DNA of 62,839 bases, taken from a virus (Duplodnaviria > Caudoviricetes). How positions within the stretch are numbered: position 1 is the stretch's first letter; each line of letters begins with the position of its first letter. Below, piece by piece: positions 1-8,805 of the stretch. The stretch spans positions 1-62,839 of the IMG/VR virus record IMGVR_UViG_3300011335_000322; one strand, 5' to 3'. The notes beneath the pieces are model-generated. The model made no database searches. It saw only the letters and a program-made list of their open reading frames with translations, and was not told the origin of the DNA. The position numbers and the translations under genes were made by a program.

Positions 1-436
1 AACCAAATCCTTGTCCACGAGTGCTTGTAGATTTTCGGTCTGCAAACAAAGGCATACGAGGGTCGTTGTTCCGCATAAAACTATTATCCACTGACTCCAT
101 CTGCTCAGATGCGTGTTTGTCATAGTATTGCTTCCGGGCTTCTGTGCGTTCGGATGGCTGTTTGCATAGCATCAGTCCACCGATTTCCACATTGCCGTTG
201 GCGCTACCAACAATCATCAGTTCAGGATGGTCTACTGCTTTTACTGGCTCCCAACCATCTCGCATTTGGCGAGACACATTGGTGTGGTGTGCTGTTCCGT
301 TTACATGCGTTGCAATCCAACGGAACGAGTACCCCGGTTCAGGAGTCGGGTCTGGCAGTGAAGAGGGCGGTACGTAGACCGTCCGTGCATTTTTATCGCG
401 TGACACTAGGTCGCGGGGGGTACGAGCATCAGCCAT
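1..436 (-). CDS. Head-module protein of unknown function, 3' end runs off the window
   Basis: Not in ORF track. Manual translation from ATG 436: MADARTPRDLVSRDKNARTVYVPPSSLPDPTPEPGYSFRWIATH...GWEPVKAVDHPEL...EIGGLMLCK...RMPLFADRKS, open to position 1; overlaps the stop of the scaffold-like gene. Confidence 0.8.
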   Translation of the reverse strand, partial: MADARTPRDLVSRDKNARTVYVPPSSLPDPTPEPGYSFRWIATHVNGTAHHTNVSRQMRDGWEPVKAVDHPELMIVGSANGNVEIGGLMLCKQPSERTEARKQYYDKHASEQMESVDNSFMRNNDPRMPLFADRKSTSTRGQGFG

Positions 437-1349
437 TTTGATTCTCCAGTTTAGCTACTTGAACAGCATATTGTTGAGGGGTCAGTCCAAACTTTTTCGC
501 CAACGCCATCTGCGTTAGTGTAAGCTGAACTTTCTTTGGCCCTGACGAACGAGTCGCCGAGGCCACAACAGATGAAGGTCGAGTGCTTCGTGCTTCACGC
601 CCCCCAAATGATTCTGGGAAGGTGCTCCGCATCCGGGCATCAATACGTTCAAAATACTCATCAGAGCGGGGGTCTACCCCCGAATTCACTAGTTTTTGAT
701 GCAGCCCTAGTGAAAAGCTGGTTAATTCTTCGTTTCCCGGAGCGCCAAACCACTGGTTTTTTGCTTGCCAGCGCAAGGTTTTGTCATCAGGTTCTACCGC
801 TACAGGTTCCGATTTCCGTATTTGTACATTATCTGAAGCCGTTTGTAAAGGGGTTGGCTTAAAATTCTGGGCTGAAATCATCTTCAGCTTGGCATCCGTC
901 AGTGCTTCCTGTGCCGCAATGATAGCATCAGTATCAAAAGCCTCCTGTGCTGCCTTGTAGTTACGCCTTGCAGTCTCAAGCTCACTGCCAACCGCCTGTT
1001 TTACAGTTTCTGCGTACTGTTGAGCACCATTATTGGCGTAATTCTTCAGTTGCCGGTTTTCATCTAGCAACTGTTGAGCAAGATTCTCAAGTTCTTGCTT
1101 TTCCCGGATCGTGGACTCCTTGGCACGGCGTTCGTCGTGTCGGGCATGGGTCAATTCCTTGATCCGACCCTTTACTTTGTCCGAATATGAGTTAATTTCC
1201 TCATCTGTGGGGTCTTCAACAGGTCGGTCAAGGGCTAATCGGCCCCTGTCTGAGGCTGGGGTGTCATCTACAACCTCAATTTCAACCTCAAACTCTTTCT
1301 CATCAGCTTTCGCTGCAATTTCATCCGGAAATTCAAACTTTTCAGCCAT
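429..1349 (-). CDS. Putative capsid scaffolding protein
   Basis: Acidic N-terminus, long coiled coil, WQAKNQWFG motif, C-terminal LAKKFGLTPQQYA helix; lies between portal and capsid genes. Confidence 0.6.
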   Translation of the reverse strand: MAEKFEFPDEIAAKADEKEFEVEIEVVDDTPASDRGRLALDRPVEDPTDEEINSYSDKVKGRIKELTHARHDERRAKESTIREKQELENLAQQLLDENRQLKNYANNGAQQYAETVKQAVGSELETARRNYKAAQEAFDTDAIIAAQEALTDAKLKMISAQNFKPTPLQTASDNVQIRKSEPVAVEPDDKTLRWQAKNQWFGAPGNEELTSFSLGLHQKLVNSGVDPRSDEYFERIDARMRSTFPESFGGREARSTRPSSVVASATRSSGPKKVQLTLTQMALAKKFGLTPQQYAVQVAKLENQNG

Positions 1350-1359
1350 TTTCTACTCC

Positions 1360-1788
1360 TCAAGCACGAGTTAAGCCTCGCGGGTCTTGCACAACAGCGT
1401 CTACTTGGTCATCATTAAGCAGACGGAACTCTTTGCCGTAGATTTTGAAGCGTGTACCAGAATAGGTACGTACCAAAACAAAATCTCCAGCCTTACACCA
1501 CGCACCACCGGGGAACTTGACCTGATCTTTGTAGGCATCAGGGCCAATTTTTACAACAAAGAGCACGGTGGTGGCGTGTTCTTCTTGCCGCATGTAGGGA
1601 TCGGCTTTGACAATGCTGGAATTCTCAAAGGTCTTCTCTACATCAGGCACAACACACAACAATTTCCAACCTGTGGGGTCGGGCAACTGTGTGGCTTTTT
1701 CTTCTTGGGACGCATCTTCGCTAGGGTTTTCCCTAGGTCGGATAGTTTTTGGCAAACTAATGCCGGGTGGAAGAATCAGATTACTCAT
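1360..1788 (-). CDS. GroES/Cpn10-like co-chaperonin
   Basis: LPDPTGWKLL...VVKIGPDAY...GDFVLV..YSGTRFKIYGKEFRLLNDDQVDAVV matches the Cpn10 pattern; start placed at ATG 1788. Confidence 0.8.
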   Translation of the reverse strand: MSNLILPPGISLPKTIRPRENPSEDASQEEKATQLPDPTGWKLLCVVPDVEKTFENSSIVKADPYMRQEEHATTVLFVVKIGPDAYKDQVKFPGGAWCKAGDFVLVRTYSGTRFKIYGKEFRLLNDDQVDAVVQDPRGLTRA

Positions 1789-1975
1789 CGGCTCTTTCTG
1801 CTTTATCAGCAAGGTCAATTAGATAACGCTCTGCGAGAGCTAGACCCTGAATAGTCCCGCAAAGTTTTTGGTACTCTTCGAAATTGCGACAAGCACCCCC
1901 AGCCAAGTCATCGGCGTAGTTGTTCATGTCGGTACGAATCTTTTCGCGCAGTACCCGCACAAAATCTTTAATCAT
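1781..1975 (-). CDS. Small hypothetical protein
   Basis: 64 aa, coupled to the portal stop (4-nt overlap) and the GroES start. Confidence 0.7.
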   Translation of the reverse strand: MIKDFVRVLREKIRTDMNNYADDLAGGACRNFEEYQKLCGTIQGLALAERYLIDLADKAERADE

Positions 1976-4575
1976 ATTGGCGCTTTCGGTGTTTTTGGTT
2001 GTTGCATGGACTGTGCCCTGCTCTTGGCAACATCAATACCCATCCTGACCCCAGATTCTTGTTGTTGCGCTGACAGTTTTGCTTTACTGTCCTGTATCTG
2101 CGCTCCAACTTTCAACCCGGCAAGCTGACTTTGCAATTGAGCTTTTTGTTGCTCCAGTTTGATCTTGTCAGCCTGTGTTGTTGCATCAACTAGTAATTTT
2201 TTCTCTTGCATAGCGGCTTGTTGGGCCATCTGCTGATTTTTAGCTTGTAGCTGCTGCATGGCAATCTGATTCTTCATTTGCGAATCCTGTGCTTGCTGCT
2301 GTGCTTGCTGCATAGCCTGCTGATTTCGCATCTGCAAATCTTGCTGTTTGATTTGCAACTCCTGCTGCTTGATCTGCAACTCCATTTGCTGCATTTGAAT
2401 CAACGGGTCTTGTTGATTTTGTTGTGCCTGCTGTTGCGCTGCCTGTGCTTGGTTTTGTTGCAAGACCTGTTGAGCCGCTTGAGCCAGCATCCCAGACAGA
2501 GCCGTTTCAACTTCGGGTGGCAGCTTCTCATCTTGCGGAGGCATGGGCATCCCTAGCTGCTGCTCAATTTGTTGTCGGTACTGGAACCCAACATGCTCTG
2601 CAAGGTGAGCCATCATGGCCCCTTGAATAAGAGGAGCCTTGGGGTTCTGACCAATTACTTGAGTTACAGACGGATCTTGCATCATGGCTTGATGCACTGC
2701 AATGTGCGATTTCTGATCTTGATAAGAGAACGCCTTGACCGGCTCCCCTTTGATAATCATCATGTTCTCAGTCACCGGGTCTAGCGGTTTCTGGTCATCT
2801 GGCAGGGGAACCAATTTATCTGCGTTCTTAATCCCCAAAACCTCCAGCATGTTGCGGTGCAACTGCGGCAAGTCATAGATATCAGGGGCCATCTGCGCCA
2901 TCTGAATCACAGCTTGGTACTGGACAACCCGTTGGCTCATGGTGGCTGCATTCGGGTCACTAACTGGAATCACATCCACATCGTCGTAGTCTTCCTTCTT
3001 GGCTTTCCTGTCCCCAATTTCAGGCTCATAGGTATAGTCAGGGTCGGTGTAGTCGGCGATGATCCGAGCCAGCAGCTTCAGTTCTTGTTTAAACGCAGCA
3101 TGAACCCTAGCCTGCACTGCGGTCATCACCTTGAGTTGGCGCTCCAGCAATGCCAGCGTTGTGCCGACCGGAGACTGACCTGACATGTCGCTGATCTTTA
3201 AATCTGCGGTGGCGGCAAACCTACGGCCTTCCTCAACAATATTCCCCAGCAGGGTGTAGAGAACTTGGCTTGGTTCCTTGTAAGGCAGCGGCAGGATGTT
3301 GTCCCGCATCACCCCAGAGCCAATGTCTACATCTCGCCATTCACCGGGGGCAATGGGGGTGTCATCTCCCTTGATTCGGAGTCCTCTGGTCTTGAGACCA
3401 CCCGGCAAGTTGGACAGTGTTCCTGCGTCCACAAGCTGTCGCATAATGCTGGTAGCCGACTTCGCAAACCCTCCGATGAGGTGGAAAAGGCCGAAGCCGT
3501 AAGCCCCAAAACCCGGAATGTATTGGTAGTGAACGAAGTGTTGTCGTTTAAGTCGGAGGTCGTCATCTTCTTCCCAGTTGCGGCGAATCGCCAAAACTTC
3601 TCCTGTGCCCTTGATTAGCGTCACGACATACGGTAGCATGATCCCGGTCTCTTCACCTTCTTTGTCGGTGTCTTCAAATCCCTTCAAATCAAGATCTGCA
3701 TGAATTTCATACAAGGTGAAACGGTCATCGTTTAAATCACTGAACCCGGTCTCTTTGTCCTTGGCTTTCTCAATGTCGGTGGTTTCTTTGGTCGGATCAC
3801 CAATGTCACATTCCCGATAAAATCCAGCGGATTGCAGTTTCAATATTTCATTTTTGGTCTTGTGCATCACATGGGTGACGCGATAGCAAGACTGAATATC
3901 TGATGCGCCATAGGGCAACAAGATATCTTCTGCTGGGATAAATATGGATATCTGCCTGCCAAGGCTGGGGTCGTAGTAGACCTTCTTGAATGCGGAGCCT
4001 GTAGCAGGTAGGCTCCACAGCATCCTCTCATGCTCTGCCCTGAACTCAACCATCTTCTCAGTCAGTTGATAGTTCATGTCTTCCTGAACCCTGACAGCCG
4101 ACTCTTTCTTCTCCTTAGTCTCTTTACCAATAATCTTGGTTTTTACTGGGCCAGCAGCCGGGAATGTCTCAGTGATTGTTTCGCTTTGGAACCTGACCAC
4201 TGCCTCTGTAATCATGGGGTGGAACACGCCACAAGCGCCGTTCCACGGCTCTGTGCGCTCTTCATACTGCAAACCCAACAGCTTCAAGCCCTCGGTGTAG
4301 GCTTTCTCCCAATCCTTGCGGCCTGCCTTGTCATTGTCTATTTCTGAGGTCAGATCAGAACTAAGGGTCTGCATGGCCCCCTCAGTCATTTCCTCTGCAA
4401 GATTTGCAGCAAAATCTTCTTCACCCATAGCATCTGGATCAATCTCAATCTCCATGCCATCTATACCAATCTTCATCGACTCCGGGTCAACAATCTCTAT
4501 CTCAATTGCCTCATCACCCATGTCATCCAAACCCATAGGGGCTTGGTACAACGATTTATCAATGTTGGTTGCCAT
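1972..4575 (-). CDS. Portal protein with Gln-rich C-terminal extension
   Basis: 867 aa directly after terL; podovirus portal-like segments (GSAFKKVYYD, FGAYGFGL, LSNLPGG) and long Q-rich coiled tail. Confidence 0.85.
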   Translation of the reverse strand: MATNIDKSLYQAPMGLDDMGDEAIEIEIVDPESMKIGIDGMEIEIDPDAMGEEDFAANLAEEMTEGAMQTLSSDLTSEIDNDKAGRKDWEKAYTEGLKLLGLQYEERTEPWNGACGVFHPMITEAVVRFQSETITETFPAAGPVKTKIIGKETKEKKESAVRVQEDMNYQLTEKMVEFRAEHERMLWSLPATGSAFKKVYYDPSLGRQISIFIPAEDILLPYGASDIQSCYRVTHVMHKTKNEILKLQSAGFYRECDIGDPTKETTDIEKAKDKETGFSDLNDDRFTLYEIHADLDLKGFEDTDKEGEETGIMLPYVVTLIKGTGEVLAIRRNWEEDDDLRLKRQHFVHYQYIPGFGAYGFGLFHLIGGFAKSATSIMRQLVDAGTLSNLPGGLKTRGLRIKGDDTPIAPGEWRDVDIGSGVMRDNILPLPYKEPSQVLYTLLGNIVEEGRRFAATADLKISDMSGQSPVGTTLALLERQLKVMTAVQARVHAAFKQELKLLARIIADYTDPDYTYEPEIGDRKAKKEDYDDVDVIPVSDPNAATMSQRVVQYQAVIQMAQMAPDIYDLPQLHRNMLEVLGIKNADKLVPLPDDQKPLDPVTENMMIIKGEPVKAFSYQDQKSHIAVHQAMMQDPSVTQVIGQNPKAPLIQGAMMAHLAEHVGFQYRQQIEQQLGMPMPPQDEKLPPEVETALSGMLAQAAQQVLQQNQAQAAQQQAQQNQQDPLIQMQQMELQIKQQELQIKQQDLQMRNQQAMQQAQQQAQDSQMKNQIAMQQLQAKNQQMAQQAAMQEKKLLVDATTQADKIKLEQQKAQLQSQLAGLKVGAQIQDSKAKLSAQQQESGVRMGIDVAKSRAQSMQQPKTPKAPI

Positions 4576-4584
4576 TCGGTATCC

Positions 4585-6129
4585 TTAATAGTATGCGGCC
4601 TGTCTGCCGCGCCTAAATATTCTAGGCTCTTCTTTCTCATCAGACTCCAACGAGATAAAACCCCCTTGGCGGTAGCGCAGCAGCGCTTGTGTGGTGGTGT
4701 CCACGTAGTCGTCGTGCTCTCCCACAGGAAACGCTGCCATTTCTTCTATGACTTCCCTAGCCCACCGGGTGTCTGGGGCCCACACTTTACCTGAAGTGAA
4801 CAGGTCGGCTACGGCGTTCATCCGCACCATTTTGTCGTTTCCCCGGCTGGGGGTGAACTCTTGCACAGGTATGCCCATTGCCCGGAGTTCTTGAATCAGA
4901 GGAGACCCTGCGGCTTTCTTTTCCACAATAATGCTATCAGGTTCCCAATCTTTCCAGTGTTTCAACGCCACAGCTTTCAGTTCCGGGAAGGCCATCCGGT
5001 CTTTAAACGCATCCAGCAGTATGAGTTGGGGAGAGCCGTTTTCTTCGTCGTTGTACCAAATCCCCCATGTCGTACACGCACTGTAGTCAGCGGTGGTCTT
5101 GGTCTCAAAGGCGGTGTCCCACGACTGTATGACGTACTCACATTTGGGCGCATCATCATGGGGCCAGACCCGCCAGTGTTTGCGGGAGACAACCGCCGAC
5201 ATGTCTGAGGTGGGCTGCTGCATGTACTGTGCGTTCCAGTACCGGGGTTCCAAACTGGCTTTGGTTGTCTCCAACAACTCTAGGGGCCACTGTTCAGGCC
5301 ACAAGGCTTTACCCGATGGTAGTATGGCGGGTAGCTCCACAACCTCCCACGGCATGGAGTCCGGGTTCTTGGTCTGGTAGTCAAGCAGCCGCCCGGTCAA
5401 GTCCAGTAATGACCAACGGGTCATTACCACGATAATGGCTCCCCCCGGCATCAGTCGTTGTAGCGGCCCGGTCTGGAACCATGACCATGCAGTATCAAAT
5501 GCCAAGCGGCTGTTGACCTTTATGTCTTGCTCCGAATGCGGGTCATCAATGACGAATAGGTCAGCGCCGCGCCCAGCAAGTGCACCGCCAACACCCGCTG
5601 CGTAGTACTGGCCCCCGGCTGTAGTTGACCATTTACCGGCGGCTTTTTGGTCACTGGCAACAAGGGTGCGGGGAAAGATTTCATGGTATTCCTCTGAGTC
5701 AATCAGGTTGCGTACTCGTCTGCCATAGTCTTCGGACAGGGACGCCGTGTGTGTCCCCATGATGATTTTCTTTTCTGGGTACTTGCCTAAAAAATAAGCA
5801 GGGAACAGATATGAGGAGAACTCAGACTTTCCATGCCGGGGGGCTATGTTGACGATCACCCTTTTCTTGTTGCCCTCAATCACATCCGTAAATATTTTTG
5901 CCAGCTTGCGGTGATGGGGGCCAATCTTAAATCCGGGGTACACACCTTGGGCAAACCCCAAGGGGCTGTGTTTGGCGGCAGTCAGTCTGGCGCGTTGCTC
6001 ACGAATACTTAGGTCATCAAACAGTTCAATCTTGTCCTGCAATGACATGGATGGCAAAGCGCGTTGCAGCGCTTCCAATTCCACTTTACTTAGGCTGGTC
6101 AGCGTCTGTAGGTTCATTAACTGGGACAT
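4585..6129 (-). CDS. terL: Terminase large subunit
   Basis: Walker A APRHGKS, Walker B-like LFVIDDPH, MTRW coupling motif, nuclease motifs QSWDTA and HDDYVD. Confidence 0.95.
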   Translation of the reverse strand: MSQLMNLQTLTSLSKVELEALQRALPSMSLQDKIELFDDLSIREQRARLTAAKHSPLGFAQGVYPGFKIGPHHRKLAKIFTDVIEGNKKRVIVNIAPRHGKSEFSSYLFPAYFLGKYPEKKIIMGTHTASLSEDYGRRVRNLIDSEEYHEIFPRTLVASDQKAAGKWSTTAGGQYYAAGVGGALAGRGADLFVIDDPHSEQDIKVNSRLAFDTAWSWFQTGPLQRLMPGGAIIVVMTRWSLLDLTGRLLDYQTKNPDSMPWEVVELPAILPSGKALWPEQWPLELLETTKASLEPRYWNAQYMQQPTSDMSAVVSRKHWRVWPHDDAPKCEYVIQSWDTAFETKTTADYSACTTWGIWYNDEENGSPQLILLDAFKDRMAFPELKAVALKHWKDWEPDSIIVEKKAAGSPLIQELRAMGIPVQEFTPSRGNDKMVRMNAVADLFTSGKVWAPDTRWAREVIEEMAAFPVGEHDDYVDTTTQALLRYRQGGFISLESDEKEEPRIFRRGRQAAYY

Positions 6130-6685
6130 CCACTACGTCAATCACATGCATAAACTTGTTCAGCTTTTCTTTGATGCGCTGCTCCAGTTCGCTATCGGAC
6201 ATGTCGGTTTTCTTAATCTCCACACGTTCCGTAAATAGCGCCACTTCAGTTACCTTGCCTAGCATCTCCAACGCTTTGAGTCGGAAGCGGGTGTCAGGGT
6301 TTTTAGTCTCTTCAAGTATTTGTGACACGGCGTAGCCGCGCAGTTCTTTGGCCTGCTCTACAAAAGCCCAATCATATGCGGTCAACATCCCTACCAGATG
6401 CCGCACCGCTTGGGGAGTCTTTATGTTGGTAAGCGCCAACTTTGTGTTTTGAGGTGGGGTTCCTGCAGCCATTGTGGCAAACGCTGCACGTACCGCCTGC
6501 GAGTCCGCAGCCGTTTCAATCTCTTCGTCTGGAATAGCGCCAAGCTGCTTCAACCAATCTGCCGTTTTAACTTTGGCGTCGATGATGTCCGCAACCGACT
6601 GATTGGCAATAGGGGTGACCGCACCCCCGGCGGGGATGTTTTCTATTTCGGGGTGGTATTCCCCGTTGATGAGGTGGTTAAACAT
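6086..6685 (-). CDS. Probable terminase small subunit
   Basis: 199 aa immediately upstream of terL; RLKALEMLGK helix and C-terminal SDSELEQRI. Confidence 0.6.
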   Translation of the reverse strand: MFNHLINGEYHPEIENIPAGGAVTPIANQSVADIIDAKVKTADWLKQLGAIPDEEIETAADSQAVRAAFATMAAGTPPQNTKLALTNIKTPQAVRHLVGMLTAYDWAFVEQAKELRGYAVSQILEETKNPDTRFRLKALEMLGKVTEVALFTERVEIKKTDMSDSELEQRIKEKLNKFMHVIDVVDVPVNEPTDADQPK

Positions 6686-6716
6686 GGGTAGTACGTAATA
6701 GTGTACACTTCTTTTT

Positions 6717-6790
6717 GAGTGGCGGTAGTTTCCGTTGCTTCTCCTTGATAGGCAATCCTATCTTTACCCCCCGCACTGGGGGGTTTTTTT
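6717..6790 (+). ncRNA. Candidate trans-acting anti-RBS small RNA
   Basis: -10 TACACT at 6704-6709; hairpins GAGTGGCGG/CCGTTGCTT, GATAGG/CCTATC and ACCCCCC/GGGGGGT plus T-tract; 6729-6748 is complementary to several phage translation initiation regions. Confidence 0.65.
6766..6790 (+). terminator. Rho-independent terminator
   Basis: ACCCCCC-GCACT-GGGGGGT followed by a T run. Confidence 0.85.
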
Positions 6791-6799
6791 ATGGTTGTT

Positions 6800-6839
6800 T
6801 GTCTAACATTAGACATAGTATGGGGTGAATTTTTATAAT
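6800..6839 (+). promoter_or_regulatory. Palindromic operator 1 overlapping a sigma70-like promoter
   Basis: TGTC-TAACATTA-GACA at 6800-6815; TAGACA (6810-6815), 18-bp spacer, TATAAT (6834-6839). Confidence 0.55.
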
Positions 6840-7081
6840 TTTTATGTGGGGTGGTGTTTTGTTTGGATGGGGGGTGGGTGGACGATTTGGGGGAAATGTG
6901 TAGTACGGGTATGGATTAGTGTTGTTGTATGAGCAGTGTTGCTTGGCCCTAAAGGGGGGCTGGGGGTACAGTGGGGTCTAAGATTACTGCATTTCTGACC
7001 TTCCCCAGAACCCCGTAATGTCATACTAGAAGTGTCAGTAGGGAGAACGCCCTGCTGGTATCGCCCATGTCGGGCTTGTCG

Positions 7082-7102
7082 AACGGGGGGCTTTCCCCCC
7101 AT
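7082..7102 (+). repeat. Early-region palindrome family A, copy 1
   Basis: AAC-GGGGGG-CTTT-CCCCCC-AT just before the AGGAG RBS of 7114. Confidence 0.85.
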
Positions 7103-7113
7103 TAGGAGTCAAT

Positions 7114-7497
7114 ATGTCTATCAAAGCTAATGTCACCAAGTTCATCAAGGGTACTACCGAACGCGCCGAAGCCGTTGTGGCACTCAAGGCTGCGTACAAG
7201 GGTAAGAGCAAGGCTGTGGTACGGGCAGCCCTCTTGTCCATTGTTGCAGCATGGCCTAAGTACAACGTGCCGGTCATACCCGGTGCAGGCAAGGCCAAAG
7301 GGGGGCTGGTGATGGATAGTAGTGCCAAGAACTATGAGACGGCGAGGTCGATGCTAGCAGACCTTGTGTCTGCCGTCGTTGACGGAAAGAAAACCTCGTT
7401 CAAGTACGAGTTCAGCCGCAAGCAGAAAGCTGCGGCCAAGGTGTATTTGGCATTGTTCGCCAATGCGGCCGAGGCCAAGGCTGCGCTGACTGCGTAA
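7114..7497 (+). CDS. Basic Ala/Lys-rich early protein
   Basis: 127 aa, AGGAG RBS, first gene of the plus-strand arm. Confidence 0.8.
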   Translation: MSIKANVTKFIKGTTERAEAVVALKAAYKGKSKAVVRAALLSIVAAWPKYNVPVIPGAGKAKGGLVMDSSAKNYETARSMLADLVSAVVDGKKTSFKYEFSRKQKAAAKVYLALFANAAEAKAALTA

Positions 7498-7553
7498 AGC
7501 AAACCCTGTAGCCCATACACGAGTGTGGGCTATGGAGTGTGTTTTCACACTAC

Positions 7554-7574
7554 AACGGGGGGAATTCCCCCCAT
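7554..7574 (+). repeat. Early-region palindrome family A, copy 2
   Basis: AAC-GGGGGG-AATT-CCCCCC-AT. Confidence 0.85.
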
Positions 7575-7598
7575 TGTCAACAAAACTTTGGAGTAATC

Positions 7599-7979
7599 AT
7601 GAAAACAAAAGTGACACCGGCAAAAATAGCAAAACTAATGGCGCACATGCGCCAAATCACCCCATCGGGGGTGGAGGTGAGAGAGGTATGTTGCGACCCA
7701 AAATACGGAGTCGGGTTGACCCTGGACTCCCCTGCAGGGGAACACTCGTCAGAGTTGGTGCGCTTTAGTTGCACACCCACGTCTGAAGAAGACGGTGATG
7801 TACCAGGGGGTTGGAACATCCATGCCACCCGTCAAAAAAACGGCCATTTTGTGGCCGCATGGGTGGCGGGTGGCGAGTCGCTAGAGGGCGATTATTACGC
7901 GTGCTGGCTGTCGGTAAGTGCAACCCGCAGCGGTTGCACTTACTGGCTACAACCCCTCGAAATCATAGAGGGGGAATGA
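7599..7979 (+). CDS. Hypothetical early protein
   Basis: GGAG RBS then ATG 7599 (MKTKVTPAK...). Confidence 0.7.
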   Translation: MKTKVTPAKIAKLMAHMRQITPSGVEVREVCCDPKYGVGLTLDSPAGEHSSELVRFSCTPTSEEDGDVPGGWNIHATRQKNGHFVAAWVAGGESLEGDYYACWLSVSATRSGCTYWLQPLEIIEGE

Positions 7980-7980
7980 G

Positions 7981-8001
7981 AACGGGGGGAACTCCCCCCA
8001 T
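7981..8001 (+). repeat. Early-region palindrome family A, copy 3
   Basis: AAC-GGGGGG-AACT-CCCCCC-AT. Confidence 0.85.
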
Positions 8002-8050
8002 GATTGGGTTAGTTGCGTGCCCTCTCACGCAGCGTAGTTAGGAGATATCA

Positions 8051-8110
8051 ATGAACATGGTTTTAGCAAGTATCGGCACGGCTTGCGCGGCTGCTGCCTT
8101 CTGGGACTAA
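8051..8110 (+). CDS. Possible 19-aa peptide MNMVLASIGTACAAAAFWD
   Basis: Strong AGGAGA RBS with normal spacing; very short. Confidence 0.35.
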   Translation: MNMVLASIGTACAAAAFWD

Positions 8111-8153
8111 GCACTCTATAGCCCTGTGACAGGGGGCTATGTAGTGCGCTGTT

Positions 8154-8177
8154 AGAGGGAGAACTGTTCTCCCCCTG
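8154..8177. repeat. Palindrome family B, copy 1
   Basis: AGAGGGAGAAC-T-GTTCTCCCCCTG; its reverse complement matches 9523-9546 at 23 of 24 nt. Confidence 0.8.
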
Positions 8178-8198
8178 AGTGTCACTGAGGAGTTAATC

Positions 8199-8429
8199 AT
8201 GAAAACCACCATCATGGGTGTCGAGTACACCATCATCCGCAAGCAGCCTTTGCGTAACGACCCATCGTACTGGGTCATCCATGCCGTGAGCATGGACGGC
8301 AGAACCACCGCCCACAGTAGCACCGAGGCTTTCCTCGGGTGGGCAGAGCGTGAGGGCATGGCCCAACGCTCGGAGCGCAGGCCAAACGGGGTCATGCGTG
8401 CCGCACTTTTGAGTGCAGGTTTGCAGTAA
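8199..8429 (+). CDS. Hypothetical early protein
   Basis: 76 aa, GAGGAG RBS. Confidence 0.7.
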   Translation: MKTTIMGVEYTIIRKQPLRNDPSYWVIHAVSMDGRTTAHSSTEAFLGWAEREGMAQRSERRPNGVMRAALLSAGLQ

Positions 8430-8439
8430 TCTCGCCCGA

Positions 8440-8790
8440 GGGGGGTGGCCCACCTTTTTCCTGCAATGTCCCAGACTAATGGGCGCTGTACAGGAAGTGG
8501 GCCACCCCTAAGTTGTTGTTCCATAAGCGTTTCCAGCAGGGGGTGTCCTATATATATAATTAAATAGATTTACTTTATATATACAGTAATCTCCTTTTAT
8601 CCATTCGTTCTTTCTTTTGCGTTTGGTTTAAGTTAAGATTACAAGGGCTTTGGTTTATTTATTTTTGAGTGTATACTTGGGTCAGGAACCACGCGAACCC
8701 TTGTGCCACAAGGGTTTGAGGGTAGCCCACCTCTTGTCCTAGCACCTGTAGTCTGGGACATCGTTAGACATTTACTGGGCCACCCCCCAC
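8440..8790. other. Candidate replication origin / non-coding control region
   Basis: AT-rich core (TATATATATAATTAAATAG...TATATATA) inside 13-bp inverted repeats ATGTCCCAGACTA (8466-8478) and TAGTCTGGGACAT (8749-8761); GGGCCACCCC-type repeats; 21-bp palindrome at about 8696-8717. Confidence 0.45.
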
Positions 8791-8805
8791 CCAAAAGGAG
8801 CCGAT

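Noticed and set aside
2000-2600. Gln-rich portal tail as a separate repeat element
   Set aside because: It is low-complexity coding sequence consistent with a long C-terminal helical barrel of podovirus-type portals.
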